DNA from: a virus
Taxonomy: Duplodnaviria > Heunggongvirae > Uroviricota > Caudoviricetes
Virus record (IMG/VR): IMGVR_UViG_2663763171_000005
Strand: one strand, 5' to 3'
Length of the DNA stretch: 27,651 nt
This document shows, piece by piece, positions 1 to 8,813 of this stretch. Positions within the stretch are counted from its first letter, which is position 1, and every line of letters starts with the position of its first letter. A program made the position numbers and the translations under genes. The notes beneath the pieces were generated by a model. The model was given only the letters and a program-made list of their open reading frames with translations. It made no database searches and was not told the origin of the DNA.

Positions 1-132
1 GGTTGCACATCAAAGCAGTCTGTCAGTCAGTGCGTGAAGCCACCACCGCCTCCGGCGTGGATAATGCAGCCTCCCCCCGACTGGCAGACACCGCTGAACG
101 GGATTATTTCACCCTCCGGGAACGACTGGTAA
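1..132 (+). CDS. Rz1: o-spanin Rz1, C-terminal fragment, embedded in the +1 frame of Rz
   Basis: Frame-1 translation from position 1 reads GCTSKQSVSQCVKPPPPPAWIMQPPPDWQTPLNGIISPSGNDW then TAA at 130-132. It is Pro-rich with a lipobox-type Cys at the start, matching lambda Rz1, and lies wholly inside Rz in another frame. Confidence 0.8.
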   Translation, partial: GCTSKQSVSQCVKPPPPPAWIMQPPPDWQTPLNGIISPSGNDW

Positions 133-191
133 TGATGCAGGCCCAACTTGAAGGTGCTCAGCAATACATAACCGAGCAGTGTTTAAAGTAA
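3..191 (+). CDS. Rz: i-spanin Rz, C-terminal fragment (5' end lies outside the window)
   Basis: Frame-3 ORF translation ...HIKAVCQSVREATTASGVDNAASPRLADTAERDYFTLRERLVMMQAQLEGAQQYITEQCLK is recognisably the C-terminus of lambda-type Rz, from memory of the lambda protein. Stop at 189-191. Confidence 0.85.
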   Translation: MHIKAVCQSVREATTASGVDNAASPRLADTAERDYFTLRERLVMMQAQLEGAQQYITEQCLK

Positions 192-267
192 AATCTTAAC
201 TACAATATGATTCATTTTGATGATTGTTTCATAAGGAACAGTGAAGTAAGATCTAAGAGGAGTTAAA

Positions 268-273
268 TTTTAT
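268..273 (+). promoter_or_regulatory. Candidate sigma70 -10 hexamer (TATAAT) in the AT-rich spacer upstream of trkG
   Basis: Exact TATAAT at 268-273, about 55 nt upstream of the trkG ATG. No convincing -35 was found, so this is speculative. Confidence 0.2.
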
Positions 274-328
274 ACAGTATAATCATAATATTGCAGCAAG
301 GTGGTTATAATTGAAAGAATATTTAGAT

Positions 329-1786
329 ATGAATACATCTCATGTAAGAGTTGTTACTCATATGTGTGGGTTCCTGGTTTGGCTCTATAGTCTTTCAATG
401 TTGCCACCAATGGTTGTAGCATTGTTTTATAAAGAAAAAAGCCTGTTCGTTTTCTTTATAACTTTCGTTATATTTTTTTGCATTGGTGGCGGAGCGTGGT
501 ATACAACTAAGAAATCTGGCATTCAATTACGTACCCGTGATGGGTTTATTATAATTGTAATGTTTTGGATTTTGTTTTCTGTTATTAGTGCATTCCCTTT
601 ATGGATTGACTCAGAACTTAATTTAACGTTCATTGATGCTCTGTTTGAAGGGGTTTCTGGAATAACAACAACAGGAGCAACTGTAATTGATGATGTTAGT
701 TCATTACCTCGGGCATATTTGTACTATCGGTCACAGTTAAATTTTATAGGTGGTTTAGGAGTTATTGTTCTGGCGGTTGCAGTATTGCCATTATTGGGTA
801 TTGGTGGTGCAAAGCTTTATCAGTCAGAAATGCCGGGGCCATTTAAGGATGACAAACTCACTCCCCGCCTGGCCGATACGTCACGGACACTGTGGATAAC
901 TTATTCTTTATTAGGTATTGCTTGTATTGTCTGTTATAGACTTGCAGGAATGCCTTTGTTTGATGCTATTTGTCACGGGATTTCCACAGTTTCGCTTGGT
1001 GGTTTCTCAACTCATAGCGAGAGTATCGGATATTTTAATAACTATTTGGTTGAGCTGGTGGCTGGTTCTTTTTCCCTGCTATCGGCTTTCAACTTCACTC
1101 TTTGGTATATTGTTATTAGCAGAAAAACGATAAAACCTTTAATCAGAGATATTGAACTTCGTTTCTTTCTGTTAATAGCCTTAGGGGTGATCATTGTTAC
1201 CTCTTTCCAGGTCTGGCATATAGGTATGTATGACTTGCATGGAAGTTTTATTCATTCGTTTTTTCTTGCCAGCTCCATGCTCACTGATAATGGTTTAGCT
1301 ACGCAGGATTATGCAAACTGGCCCACGCACACGATAGTGTTTTTGCTGTTGTCAAGTTTCTTTGGGGGATGTATAGGTTCAACCTGTGGTGGAATTAAGT
1401 CACTTCGATTTCTTATACTTTTCAAACAAAGCAAACACGAGATAAATCAGCTTTCTCATCCCAGAGCGTTGTTGAGTGTAAATGTAGGAGGGAAGATAGT
1501 TACAGATCGTGTAATGAGGTCTGTATGGAGTTTCTTTTTTCTTTATACTCTCTTCACGGTGTTTTTTATACTGGTGTTAAATGGTATGGGATATGATTTT
1601 CTTACATCATTTGCAACAGTGGCTGCATGTATTAATAATATGGGATTAGGTTTTGGGGCTACTGCATCGTCATTCGGAGTGCTTAATGACATTGCAAAAT
1701 ATTTAATGTGCATAGCTATGATTCTTGGTCGCCTTGAAATTTATCCTGTTATTATATTGTTTTCAGGTTTTTTTTGGCGCTCCTAA
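329..1786 (+). CDS. trkG: Trk-system K+ uptake protein TrkG (TrkH/TrkG family membrane protein); prophage cargo gene
   Basis: ORF 311..1786 translation (MNTSHVRVVTHMCGFLVWLYSLSM...) matches my recollection of E. coli K-12 TrkG (485 aa), which is encoded in the Rac prophage. It is multi-pass hydrophobic with repeated glycine-rich pore-loop-like motifs (e.g. GGLGV). Start placed at ATG 329 to give 485 aa; the ORF opens at TTG 311, 7 nt after an AAGGTGG Shine-Dalgarno, so TTG 311 is an alternative start. The gene is visibly AT-rich relative to its neighbours. Confidence 0.93.
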   Translation: MNTSHVRVVTHMCGFLVWLYSLSMLPPMVVALFYKEKSLFVFFITFVIFFCIGGGAWYTTKKSGIQLRTRDGFIIIVMFWILFSVISAFPLWIDSELNLTFIDALFEGVSGITTTGATVIDDVSSLPRAYLYYRSQLNFIGGLGVIVLAVAVLPLLGIGGAKLYQSEMPGPFKDDKLTPRLADTSRTLWITYSLLGIACIVCYRLAGMPLFDAICHGISTVSLGGFSTHSESIGYFNNYLVELVAGSFSLLSAFNFTLWYIVISRKTIKPLIRDIELRFFLLIALGVIIVTSFQVWHIGMYDLHGSFIHSFFLASSMLTDNGLATQDYANWPTHTIVFLLLSSFFGGCIGSTCGGIKSLRFLILFKQSKHEINQLSHPRALLSVNVGGKIVTDRVMRSVWSFFFLYTLFTVFFILVLNGMGYDFLTSFATVAACINNMGLGFGATASSFGVLNDIAKYLMCIAMILGRLEIYPVIILFSGFFWRS

Positions 1787-1923
1787 TATATGGCTGATTT
1801 ATAATTGTGAGTTTAATATTATGTTGACTCACTCATTGATCCAATACCTAACTTTACCAGCAACACCTCCGCCCCCAGTAGCACTGGCTGCTGGGGTGCG
1901 TTTTATTCATAAAGCAAGGCTGT

Positions 1924-2712
1924 ATGAGCGAGAAATTAAAGATAGTCTATCGCCCATTACAAGAATTGTCACCGTATGCGCACAACGCCAGGACGCACAG
2001 TACTGAGCAGGTGGCACAACTGGTAGAAAGTATTAAGCAATTCGGCTGGACTAATCCGGTGCTGATTGACGAAAAGGGCGAAATTATTGCGGGTCACGGT
2101 CGTGTTATGGCGGCTGAAATGCTCAAAATGGATTCTGTTCCGGTCATTGTTCTGTCTGGCCTGACGGATGAGCAGAAAAAGGCGTACCGCCTGGCAGATA
2201 ATCGCCTGCCGATGAATGCTGGCTGGGATGAAGATCTGTTGCGGATGGAGCTGTCGGACCTAATCAATGCTGATTTTGATGTCTCCCTGACAGGCTTCAT
2301 CCCGGCAGAAATTGATGAACTGTTGACGGATGTTTTGCCCGGTACAGGAAATGAGGAGGAGCCGTATACGACGAAAATTGATACGCCTGTTTATGAGCCG
2401 TCAGGCGGTAAACCGGATATCAGTGAACTGTACGACGATACGAAAACTCAGGAGCTGATCAGCCGGATACGTTCGGCGTCCCTTGATCCTGATATTGAGA
2501 AATTCCTCCTGTGTGCAGCAGAACGTCACACGGTGTTTAATTTCAGCAGAATTGCGGACTATTACGCTCATGCCCCCGCTGAAATTCAGTGCCTTTTCGA
2601 GGAGTCGGCGCTGGTGATCATTGATTATCAGCAGGCTATTGAAAATGGATTTGTCCGAATGACGCAGCGCATGGTGGAGATCATGCATGGCGGGGAGGAG
2701 GAATATGCGTGA
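1924..2712 (+). CDS. ParB-like nuclease domain protein (ParB/Srx N-terminal fold)
   Basis: 262-aa ORF. The N-terminal region carries the ParB-type motif ...VLIDEKGEIIAGHGRVMAAEM... (GxGR box). Probably the full-length counterpart of the truncated K-12 Rac gene ynaK (from memory, unverified). The stop overlaps the next gene's start. Confidence 0.75.
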   Translation: MSEKLKIVYRPLQELSPYAHNARTHSTEQVAQLVESIKQFGWTNPVLIDEKGEIIAGHGRVMAAEMLKMDSVPVIVLSGLTDEQKKAYRLADNRLPMNAGWDEDLLRMELSDLINADFDVSLTGFIPAEIDELLTDVLPGTGNEEEPYTTKIDTPVYEPSGGKPDISELYDDTKTQELISRIRSASLDPDIEKFLLCAAERHTVFNFSRIADYYAHAPAEIQCLFEESALVIIDYQQAIENGFVRMTQRMVEIMHGGEEEYA

Positions 2713-3637
2713 TGATTTTTGCGCCTTTATTCTGACTCACGGGCGACCGGACAAAGTTCTGACTTACCGGACGTTGCGTCGTGCTGGCTATACCGGGAAA
2801 ATTTTTATCGTTGTTGATGATGAAGATAAGACACGGCATCAGTACATGGCTGAATTTGGTGAACAGGTGCTGGTATTTTCCAAAGCCGATATTGCTAGTC
2901 GTTTTGACGAAGCCGATAATTTTAGTGACCGCCGCTCAATTTTTTACGCCCGTAATGCCTGTTTCGACCAGGCAAAACTGGTCGGGTGTAAATACTTCAT
3001 TCAGCTCGATGATGATTATCACGAGTTCCAGTTTCGGGTGGATCGCAACTATGACCAGGCCTATTTCCCGATAAGGAAACTGGATGAGATCCTTTCTGAA
3101 ATGCTTGCGTACTACGAATCAATACCTGCTCTTTCCATCGCTATGTCGCAGGGCGGGGATTTTCTTGGTGACAATGGCGGCCATGCTTCGTGGGTGAAAC
3201 GCAAGGCAATGAACAGCTTTATCTGTTCGGTTGATCGACCGTTCTCATTCATGGGGCGCATTAACGAGGATGTGAATACGTACACGAATCTCGGTCGCTG
3301 TGGTGAATTGTTTATGACGATCGGTGCTGTCCAGTTAGGGCAGAAACAGACGCAGAAAAACAGCGGCGGAATGACCGAGCTGTATCTGGATTCCGGAACC
3401 TACGTTAAAAGTTTTTACTCCGTCATGTATGCGCCGTCGTGCGTAAAAATCTCACTTATGGGTGCCAGTCATAAACGCATTCACCATCAGGTCACCTGGA
3501 ACAACGCTGCAGTAAAAATCCTTCACGAAAAATACAGGAAGAAGACACCCTGCATATCAATGGGGGTGACAAATGATTCCGTATTCGAAAGTCGAGTCTC
3601 TGGCAGCGTGCCGGATGACTGCACAACAAATCGCTGA
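2705..3637 (+). CDS. Hypothetical protein, possible GT-A-like nucleotide-sugar transferase fold (DxD-type motifs)
   Basis: ORF 2687..3637. Start chosen at ATG 2705, which follows GGAGGAGG (2693-2700) by 4 nt. Contains acidic motifs IFIVVDDEDK and FIQLDDDYHEF about 60 aa apart, in the arrangement seen in GT-A glycosyltransferases; this is pattern-based inference only. Probably the intact form of the K-12 Rac pseudogene ydaY (unverified). Confidence 0.6.
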   Translation: MRDDFCAFILTHGRPDKVLTYRTLRRAGYTGKIFIVVDDEDKTRHQYMAEFGEQVLVFSKADIASRFDEADNFSDRRSIFYARNACFDQAKLVGCKYFIQLDDDYHEFQFRVDRNYDQAYFPIRKLDEILSEMLAYYESIPALSIAMSQGGDFLGDNGGHASWVKRKAMNSFICSVDRPFSFMGRINEDVNTYTNLGRCGELFMTIGAVQLGQKQTQKNSGGMTELYLDSGTYVKSFYSVMYAPSCVKISLMGASHKRIHHQVTWNNAAVKILHEKYRKKTPCISMGVTNDSVFESRVSGSVPDDCTTNR

Positions 3638-3824
3638 CGTTCTGGATGTTGATCTGAACCGACTGAAAGAAAATCGGGAAGCAATGACAGATTTTTATGC
3701 GGCCATCCGTAAGGGCAGAGCGAAAGGTGAAGCCGAGTTACGAGCGGCATTGTTTAAGCTTGCCAGAAAAGGGGATGCCTTTGCTCTGCGCGAACTACTC
3801 AGGGTGGATAAAAATCAGGACTAA
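3573..3824 (+). CDS. Small hypothetical protein, possibly DNA-binding (helical, basic)
   Basis: 83-aa ORF preceded by GGGGGTGA. Overlaps the 3' end of the upstream ORF by 65 nt in another frame. Ends 3 nt before the small terminase ATG. An internal ATG at 3615 is an alternative start. Confidence 0.45.
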   Translation: MIPYSKVESLAACRMTAQQIADVLDVDLNRLKENREAMTDFYAAIRKGRAKGEAELRAALFKLARKGDAFALRELLRVDKNQD

Positions 3825-3827
3825 CTG

Positions 3828-4922
3828 ATGAGCAGACCGGACTGGGGGGCGTTGCAGCAGGAGTATATTGCTGAATACACCCGCTCCGGTATATCTCCGG
3901 TGGCATGGTGTGAAGCAAGGGGACTGAATTACGCAACAGCCCGTCGTTACATCAAAAAAACTCCGAAAAATGCGCAGACAGAAATGTGCAAAACTGCGCA
4001 AAAAAGTGCGCAGAAAAAATCTGCGCAGACTGCACAAAAGCGGAACGAAAAATCTCAGGAAAAAAAGCCAGTATTCGATGCGGGCCTGAATGAGGGCGAC
4101 GCGGAGGAATTTTCGTTCTGTCCCGATGAATTCGGCATTTCTGACCAGCAGGCTAAGTTTGCGATGCTTGTTGCTCAGGGTAAAAAGCCGACAGAGGCGT
4201 ACCGACTAGCCGGTTATGAGGGGCAAGGTGCGACAGCTAACAGCAACGCCAGTCGTATGCTTAGAAATGCCAGGGTTTTTCGCGCTATCAGCTACTTCCG
4301 CAATCAGTACCAGAAACGCTATACCGCAGACCTGGATTTACTAGTGAGTCAGTTGATGGCTATTGTCCTGGCCGACCCCAATCAGCTTGCACAATTTCGC
4401 CGTGTTAACTGCCGTTATTGCTGGGGCGAGAATCATCTCTACCAGTGGCGCGATATAGCAGAATTCGACAAGGCAGCGGCGCAGGCTTCCAGAGATGGCA
4501 AACCCGAACCGGAATATGGAGGCCTCGGCTTTGTTGATAACGCCATACCCAATCCGGACTGCCCGAAGTGCTGCGGTGAGGGAACGGGACAGCTTTATAT
4601 GGCTGATACCACTCTGCTTGATGGGGATGCGCGGCAATTATATGCAGGGGCAAAATTCGGAAAATTCGGCGTTGAGATCCTGCTGGAGGATAAGGCTGCC
4701 GCCCGGCGTGAATTGTTGCGTTTGTTTTCTGCTGGCGGGGCTTTATGTGCAGATAAGCGGCTACGGGAACTGGAAATTGAACGGCGCAGAATGGAAAACC
4801 AGAAGCTGCGCAAAGAGATCGAAACGGTGGAAGATAATGAACATCCCCAGCCTGTGGCGATCAATATTAATGTGGTTGATGCCAGAGTAAGGAGTGATGA
4901 AGATGATCTCTCCGACGCTTAA
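3828..4922 (+). CDS. Terminase small subunit (N-terminal HTH DNA-binding domain)
   Basis: 364-aa ORF directly upstream of the large terminase. N-terminal HTH-like segment ISPVAWCEARGLNYATARRYI, followed by a lysine-rich linker and a Cys-rich segment (CRYCWGENH...CPKCCGEG). Confidence 0.8.
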   Translation: MSRPDWGALQQEYIAEYTRSGISPVAWCEARGLNYATARRYIKKTPKNAQTEMCKTAQKSAQKKSAQTAQKRNEKSQEKKPVFDAGLNEGDAEEFSFCPDEFGISDQQAKFAMLVAQGKKPTEAYRLAGYEGQGATANSNASRMLRNARVFRAISYFRNQYQKRYTADLDLLVSQLMAIVLADPNQLAQFRRVNCRYCWGENHLYQWRDIAEFDKAAAQASRDGKPEPEYGGLGFVDNAIPNPDCPKCCGEGTGQLYMADTTLLDGDARQLYAGAKFGKFGVEILLEDKAAARRELLRLFSAGGALCADKRLRELEIERRRMENQKLRKEIETVEDNEHPQPVAININVVDARVRSDEDDLSDA

Positions 4923-6204
4923 TGTGCCTCAGGCGCGATTTCTTTCAATGCCCCATAAATTTAAAGCCTATATTGCTGGTTTTGGCTCGGGCAAAACATG
5001 GGTTGGGTGTGGCGGCATATGCAAGGGGATTTGGGAGCATCCAGGTATAAATCAGGGATATTTTGCGCCAACGTATCCCCAAATTCGCGATATTTTTTAC
5101 CCTACAGTGGAAGAAGTTGCTGCTGACTGGGGATTGAACGTAAAAATTAATGAGGGAAATAAAGAGGTTCACTTTTATTACGGACGCCAGTATCGGGGAA
5201 CCACTATCTGCAGATCGATGGAGAAGCCACAAACGATCGTCGGTTTCAAAATTGGTAATGCGTTGGTGGATGAACTGGACATTTTGCCGAAGGAAAAAGC
5301 CAGAACGGCGTGGCGCAAGATAATTGCACGTATGCGTTATAAGATTGATGGACTTCGCAACGGTATTGACGTTACAACCACGCCGGAAGGATTCAAATTT
5401 GTCTACGAGCAGTTTGTTAAAGCCGTGCGTGAAAAAACAGAGCTGGCCTCACTGTATGGTCTGGTGCAGGCATCTACTTTCGATAATGAAAAGAACCTGC
5501 CAGCAGATTACATTCCTTCGCTTCTTGAATCATACCCTCCAGAGCTGATTAAAGCCTATCTTCGAGGACAGTTTACTAACCTGACAAGTGGTACTGTTTA
5601 CCATCAGTTTGACCGGAAACTGAATAATTGCGAAGAAGTGGAGCAGCCAGGGGAGCCGATTTATATTGGGATGGATTTTAACGTTGGAAAGATGGCGGGA
5701 ATCGTCCATGTGCTGCGTTTGGGGCTTCCATGTGCGGTAACTGAAATCATCAATGCCTACGATACGCCGGATATGATCCGCATCATTAAAGAACGCTTCT
5801 GGCTGTATGATGGGAATGATTACCGGAAAGTGAGGGAAATTTATATTTATCCAGATGCTTCCGGGGATTCCAGAAAATCAAGTAACGCAAGTACGACGGA
5901 TATAGCCCAGCTTAAGCAGGCTGGTTTTAACGTTGTGGTGAACAGCTCGAACCCGCCAGTAAAAGATCGCGTTAACTCAATGAATGCAATGTTCTGCAAT
6001 GCCAATGGTGAGCGTCGCTATAAAGTTAATGTGAAGCGTTGCCCGTTATATGCCGAATCTCTGGAGCAACAGGTCTGGGATGAGAAGGGGGAGCCTGATA
6101 AAAAATCTGGCAATGATCACCCGAATGATGCCGGAGGTTATTTCATCGTTAAGCAATTCCCTATTGTCAAACCGACCGGAAGAGTCACATCACTTCGGAT
6201 TTAA
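4903..6204 (+). CDS. Terminase large subunit (ATPase plus nuclease)
   Basis: Walker A motif AGFGSGKT near the N-terminus, Walker B-like LVDELD, and acidic nuclease-type motifs (IGMDFN, YIYPDASGD) in the C-terminal half. Start ambiguous among GTG 4894, ATG 4897 and ATG 4903; ATG 4903 has the best spacing from TAAGGAG (4888-4894). Confidence 0.88.
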   Translation: MISPTLNVPQARFLSMPHKFKAYIAGFGSGKTWVGCGGICKGIWEHPGINQGYFAPTYPQIRDIFYPTVEEVAADWGLNVKINEGNKEVHFYYGRQYRGTTICRSMEKPQTIVGFKIGNALVDELDILPKEKARTAWRKIIARMRYKIDGLRNGIDVTTTPEGFKFVYEQFVKAVREKTELASLYGLVQASTFDNEKNLPADYIPSLLESYPPELIKAYLRGQFTNLTSGTVYHQFDRKLNNCEEVEQPGEPIYIGMDFNVGKMAGIVHVLRLGLPCAVTEIINAYDTPDMIRIIKERFWLYDGNDYRKVREIYIYPDASGDSRKSSNASTTDIAQLKQAGFNVVVNSSNPPVKDRVNSMNAMFCNANGERRYKVNVKRCPLYAESLEQQVWDEKGEPDKKSGNDHPNDAGGYFIVKQFPIVKPTGRVTSLRI

Positions 6205-6206
6205 TT

Positions 6207-7613
6207 ATGGCTGATATATCAACACCCAACCTCGACTATAACGATATGCTGGAGGCGTGGGATATTAACGACGCACTGATGGGCGGTACGCTTGAAATGC
6301 GCAGGCAGGGGGAAAATTATCTCCCAAAATGGCCTAACGAAGATGAAGACGCTTATAAAAAACGCCTGTCTGTGGCTACGCTACTTCCTGTGTATGAAGA
6401 AAGCATCAAGCAAAATATTGGGCGCATATTTGCAGAGCCGACAGTATTGAGTGAGGAAACGCCGGCAAAAATCAGGGAATATGCAGAAAATATCGACATG
6501 GAGGGGAGCCGACTGGATGTGTGGGCGCAGCAATTTTTCAGCCTCGCATTTCAGTATGGTGTGGCACATGCGCTGGTGGACTATCCACGAACGGATATGA
6601 AAGAGATTCGGACAAAAGCCGATGAAAACGCGACCGGTGGTCGTCCGTACGTTACGATGCTGAATCCACGCCAGGTTATTGGATGGAAATCGAAAGTTGA
6701 AAAAGGGAAAGTTGTTCTCACTGATTTGCGTATAAAAGAGGTCATCATTATTGATGGTGATGATTTCGGGCAGAAGAAGGTGGAGCAGATCCGCCATATT
6801 ATGCCCCGTCGAGTTGAAATTTATCGACGTAGCGAAGGCACTAATGGCGAATCTGTCTGGACGCTTCATGAGTCATGGAATACCAGCCGTGATGATATTC
6901 CTCTGGTAACACTGTACACGAAGAAAACAGGATTTATGCGTGGTACACCGCCATTGCTTAATCTTGGCTTGCTGAATATCAAGCACTGGCAAAGCCAGAG
7001 CGAGCAGGACAATATTCTTCATGTTGCCCGCGTTCCATTGCTGGTGGCCTACGGGCTGGACAGGAATGAAGAACTGACGGTTGGTGCATCCACCGCTACG
7101 ATTTTTGAGGACAGAACAAAAAATGGCCTCGAATATGTTGAACATAGTGGCGCAGCGATAGAATCTGGCGAAACATCACTTGAGAAGCTGGAAAATCAGA
7201 TGCGTCATGCCGGCGCTAAACTTCTGCGTGCTGAAAATACATCCACCAAATCTGTTGATCAGACTAATGAAGAGCGAATGCAGGAAAACTCGCCGCTTTA
7301 TACAATGGCGAACTCCCTCGAAGATGCCCTCGATAATATTCTCCAGATAATGGCGGAATGGATCGGAGAGAGTTGCGGTGGCAATGTGGATGTGCGCACT
7401 GAACTGGATGTATCTGCCCAGGTGTTTGACTCATCCTCCGCGCTGGCTGTTCAGTCATTGCGTCAGGGCGGTGATATACGTCAGATTGATGCGGTTCGGG
7501 TGTTGCAGGCGTTGAAATTTATCGATCAGGATTCCCGTCCAGAGGAAGTGATCGATGAATTAAAAAATCAGAGTGTAATGCTGATGGAAATCAATGATGC
7601 AAACCGTGAATGA
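6207..7613 (+). CDS. Portal protein
   Basis: 468-aa ORF immediately after the large terminase and before the MuF-like head morphogenesis gene, the canonical position. Size and acidic C-terminus are consistent with a portal. Call is by synteny. Confidence 0.7.
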   Translation: MADISTPNLDYNDMLEAWDINDALMGGTLEMRRQGENYLPKWPNEDEDAYKKRLSVATLLPVYEESIKQNIGRIFAEPTVLSEETPAKIREYAENIDMEGSRLDVWAQQFFSLAFQYGVAHALVDYPRTDMKEIRTKADENATGGRPYVTMLNPRQVIGWKSKVEKGKVVLTDLRIKEVIIIDGDDFGQKKVEQIRHIMPRRVEIYRRSEGTNGESVWTLHESWNTSRDDIPLVTLYTKKTGFMRGTPPLLNLGLLNIKHWQSQSEQDNILHVARVPLLVAYGLDRNEELTVGASTATIFEDRTKNGLEYVEHSGAAIESGETSLEKLENQMRHAGAKLLRAENTSTKSVDQTNEERMQENSPLYTMANSLEDALDNILQIMAEWIGESCGGNVDVRTELDVSAQVFDSSSALAVQSLRQGGDIRQIDAVRVLQALKFIDQDSRPEEVIDELKNQSVMLMEINDANRE

Positions 7614-8709
7614 ACGGCTGCGTGATGAATCAATTGCTCATGCAGTCTGGATATCCCGCTATAGCACTGGCGTGGCTGCCAGAATGGTGAAAATACTGAA
7701 TGACAGCGATGCGGAACTTACTGCTCGCCTGCTGATAGCACTGGACAGCCTCGATCCAGGTAGTTTTACCGTTAAGCGCCTGGAGTCACTTCTGGCGAGC
7801 GTCAGAGAGGTTAACCGCACTGCTATTAACAGCATGTTTACCAGTCTCTCCGGAGAGCTGAACGAGCTGGCAATTTATGAGGCTGGTTATCAGTTAAGTC
7901 TGTTTGATTCTATGCTACCTGATTTTGTTGCTGATGTTCACCCTCTGGTTGGTATCTCTCCTGATGCACTTTATGCCGCTGCAATGGCGCGACCATTCCA
8001 GGGACGACTGCTCAGTGAGTGGGCCTCAGATCTTGAGGCGGATCGGCTCAGACGCATAACAAATACAGTGCGTCAGGGTTTTTTGCTGGGGGATACCAAT
8101 GAGCAGATCGCAAGAAAAATTCGGGGACATGTCAGTAAGGGATTTCAGGATGGTGCATTGCAGATGAGCCGGGCTAATGCGGCCAGCATTGCAAAAACAG
8201 CGGTTGGACATCTTGCTGCTACTGCCCGTGAGAGTTTTGCCAGCGCGAATAATGATTTGATTAAGGGTAAGCAATGGTTATCAACGCTTGATAATCGTAC
8301 TACGCCACAATGTCGAATCAGGGATCGCCTCAAATATACGCTGAATAATAAACCTGTAGGTCACAGCGTGCCTTATTTGCAGGGGCCGGGAAAAATTCAT
8401 TTCTGCTGCCGCTCAACGGAAACGTTCATTCTGAAATCAGCGAAGGAACTGGGTATTGATGTTCGCGATATTTCCCCGGCTGAGCGGGCCAGCATGGATG
8501 GCGTGGTGGCCGGAGATACAACCTACAGGGAATGGTTTTTGCGTCAGCCTTACACCAGACAAAAACAGATTGTGGGGGAAAGCCGAGCAAAGCTGATTCG
8601 GGATGGTGGTATGTCGCCAGATGAATTTTACACCGATAAAGGCGAATGGCTGACGCTGAAGCAGCTCCGTGAGCGTGATGCACAGGTATTCAGAAAAGCA
8701 GGGATTTAA
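7594..8709 (+). CDS. Head morphogenesis protein (MuF-like / SPP1 gp7 family)
   Basis: 371-aa ORF overlapping the portal stop. Position after the portal and general sequence character fit the minor-capsid head morphogenesis family. Confidence 0.7.
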   Translation: MMQTVNERLRDESIAHAVWISRYSTGVAARMVKILNDSDAELTARLLIALDSLDPGSFTVKRLESLLASVREVNRTAINSMFTSLSGELNELAIYEAGYQLSLFDSMLPDFVADVHPLVGISPDALYAAAMARPFQGRLLSEWASDLEADRLRRITNTVRQGFLLGDTNEQIARKIRGHVSKGFQDGALQMSRANAASIAKTAVGHLAATARESFASANNDLIKGKQWLSTLDNRTTPQCRIRDRLKYTLNNKPVGHSVPYLQGPGKIHFCCRSTETFILKSAKELGIDVRDISPAERASMDGVVAGDTTYREWFLRQPYTRQKQIVGESRAKLIRDGGMSPDEFYTDKGEWLTLKQLRERDAQVFRKAGI

Positions 8710-8729
8710 ATAAATCATTTATTACAACA

Positions 8730-8756
8730 GGCTACCTTCGGGTGGCCTTTTTTATT
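8730..8756 (+). terminator. Intrinsic terminator-like hairpin after the head morphogenesis gene
   Basis: GGCTACC-TTCG-GGTGGCC (7-bp stem with one G-U pair, UUCG tetraloop) followed by TTTTTTATT. Confidence 0.6.
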
Positions 8757-8813
8757 GCTGCGATCCGGATGGTGAGCAGCGTAACTGTCGGAAGACTTAA
8801 ACCAGGTACTAAT

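Noticed and set aside
918-1133. 71-aa + ORF nested inside trkG
   Set aside because: It is an alternative-frame ORF wholly inside the well-supported TrkG coding sequence, with a hydrophobic low-complexity translation typical of off-frame reading of AT-rich membrane-protein genes.
8742-8813. Upstream start (8742 or 8769) for the scaffold ORF
   Set aside because: That part of the ORF overlaps the terminator hairpin and T-tract at 8730-8756 and has no Shine-Dalgarno. ATG 8814 gives a typical scaffold N-terminus.
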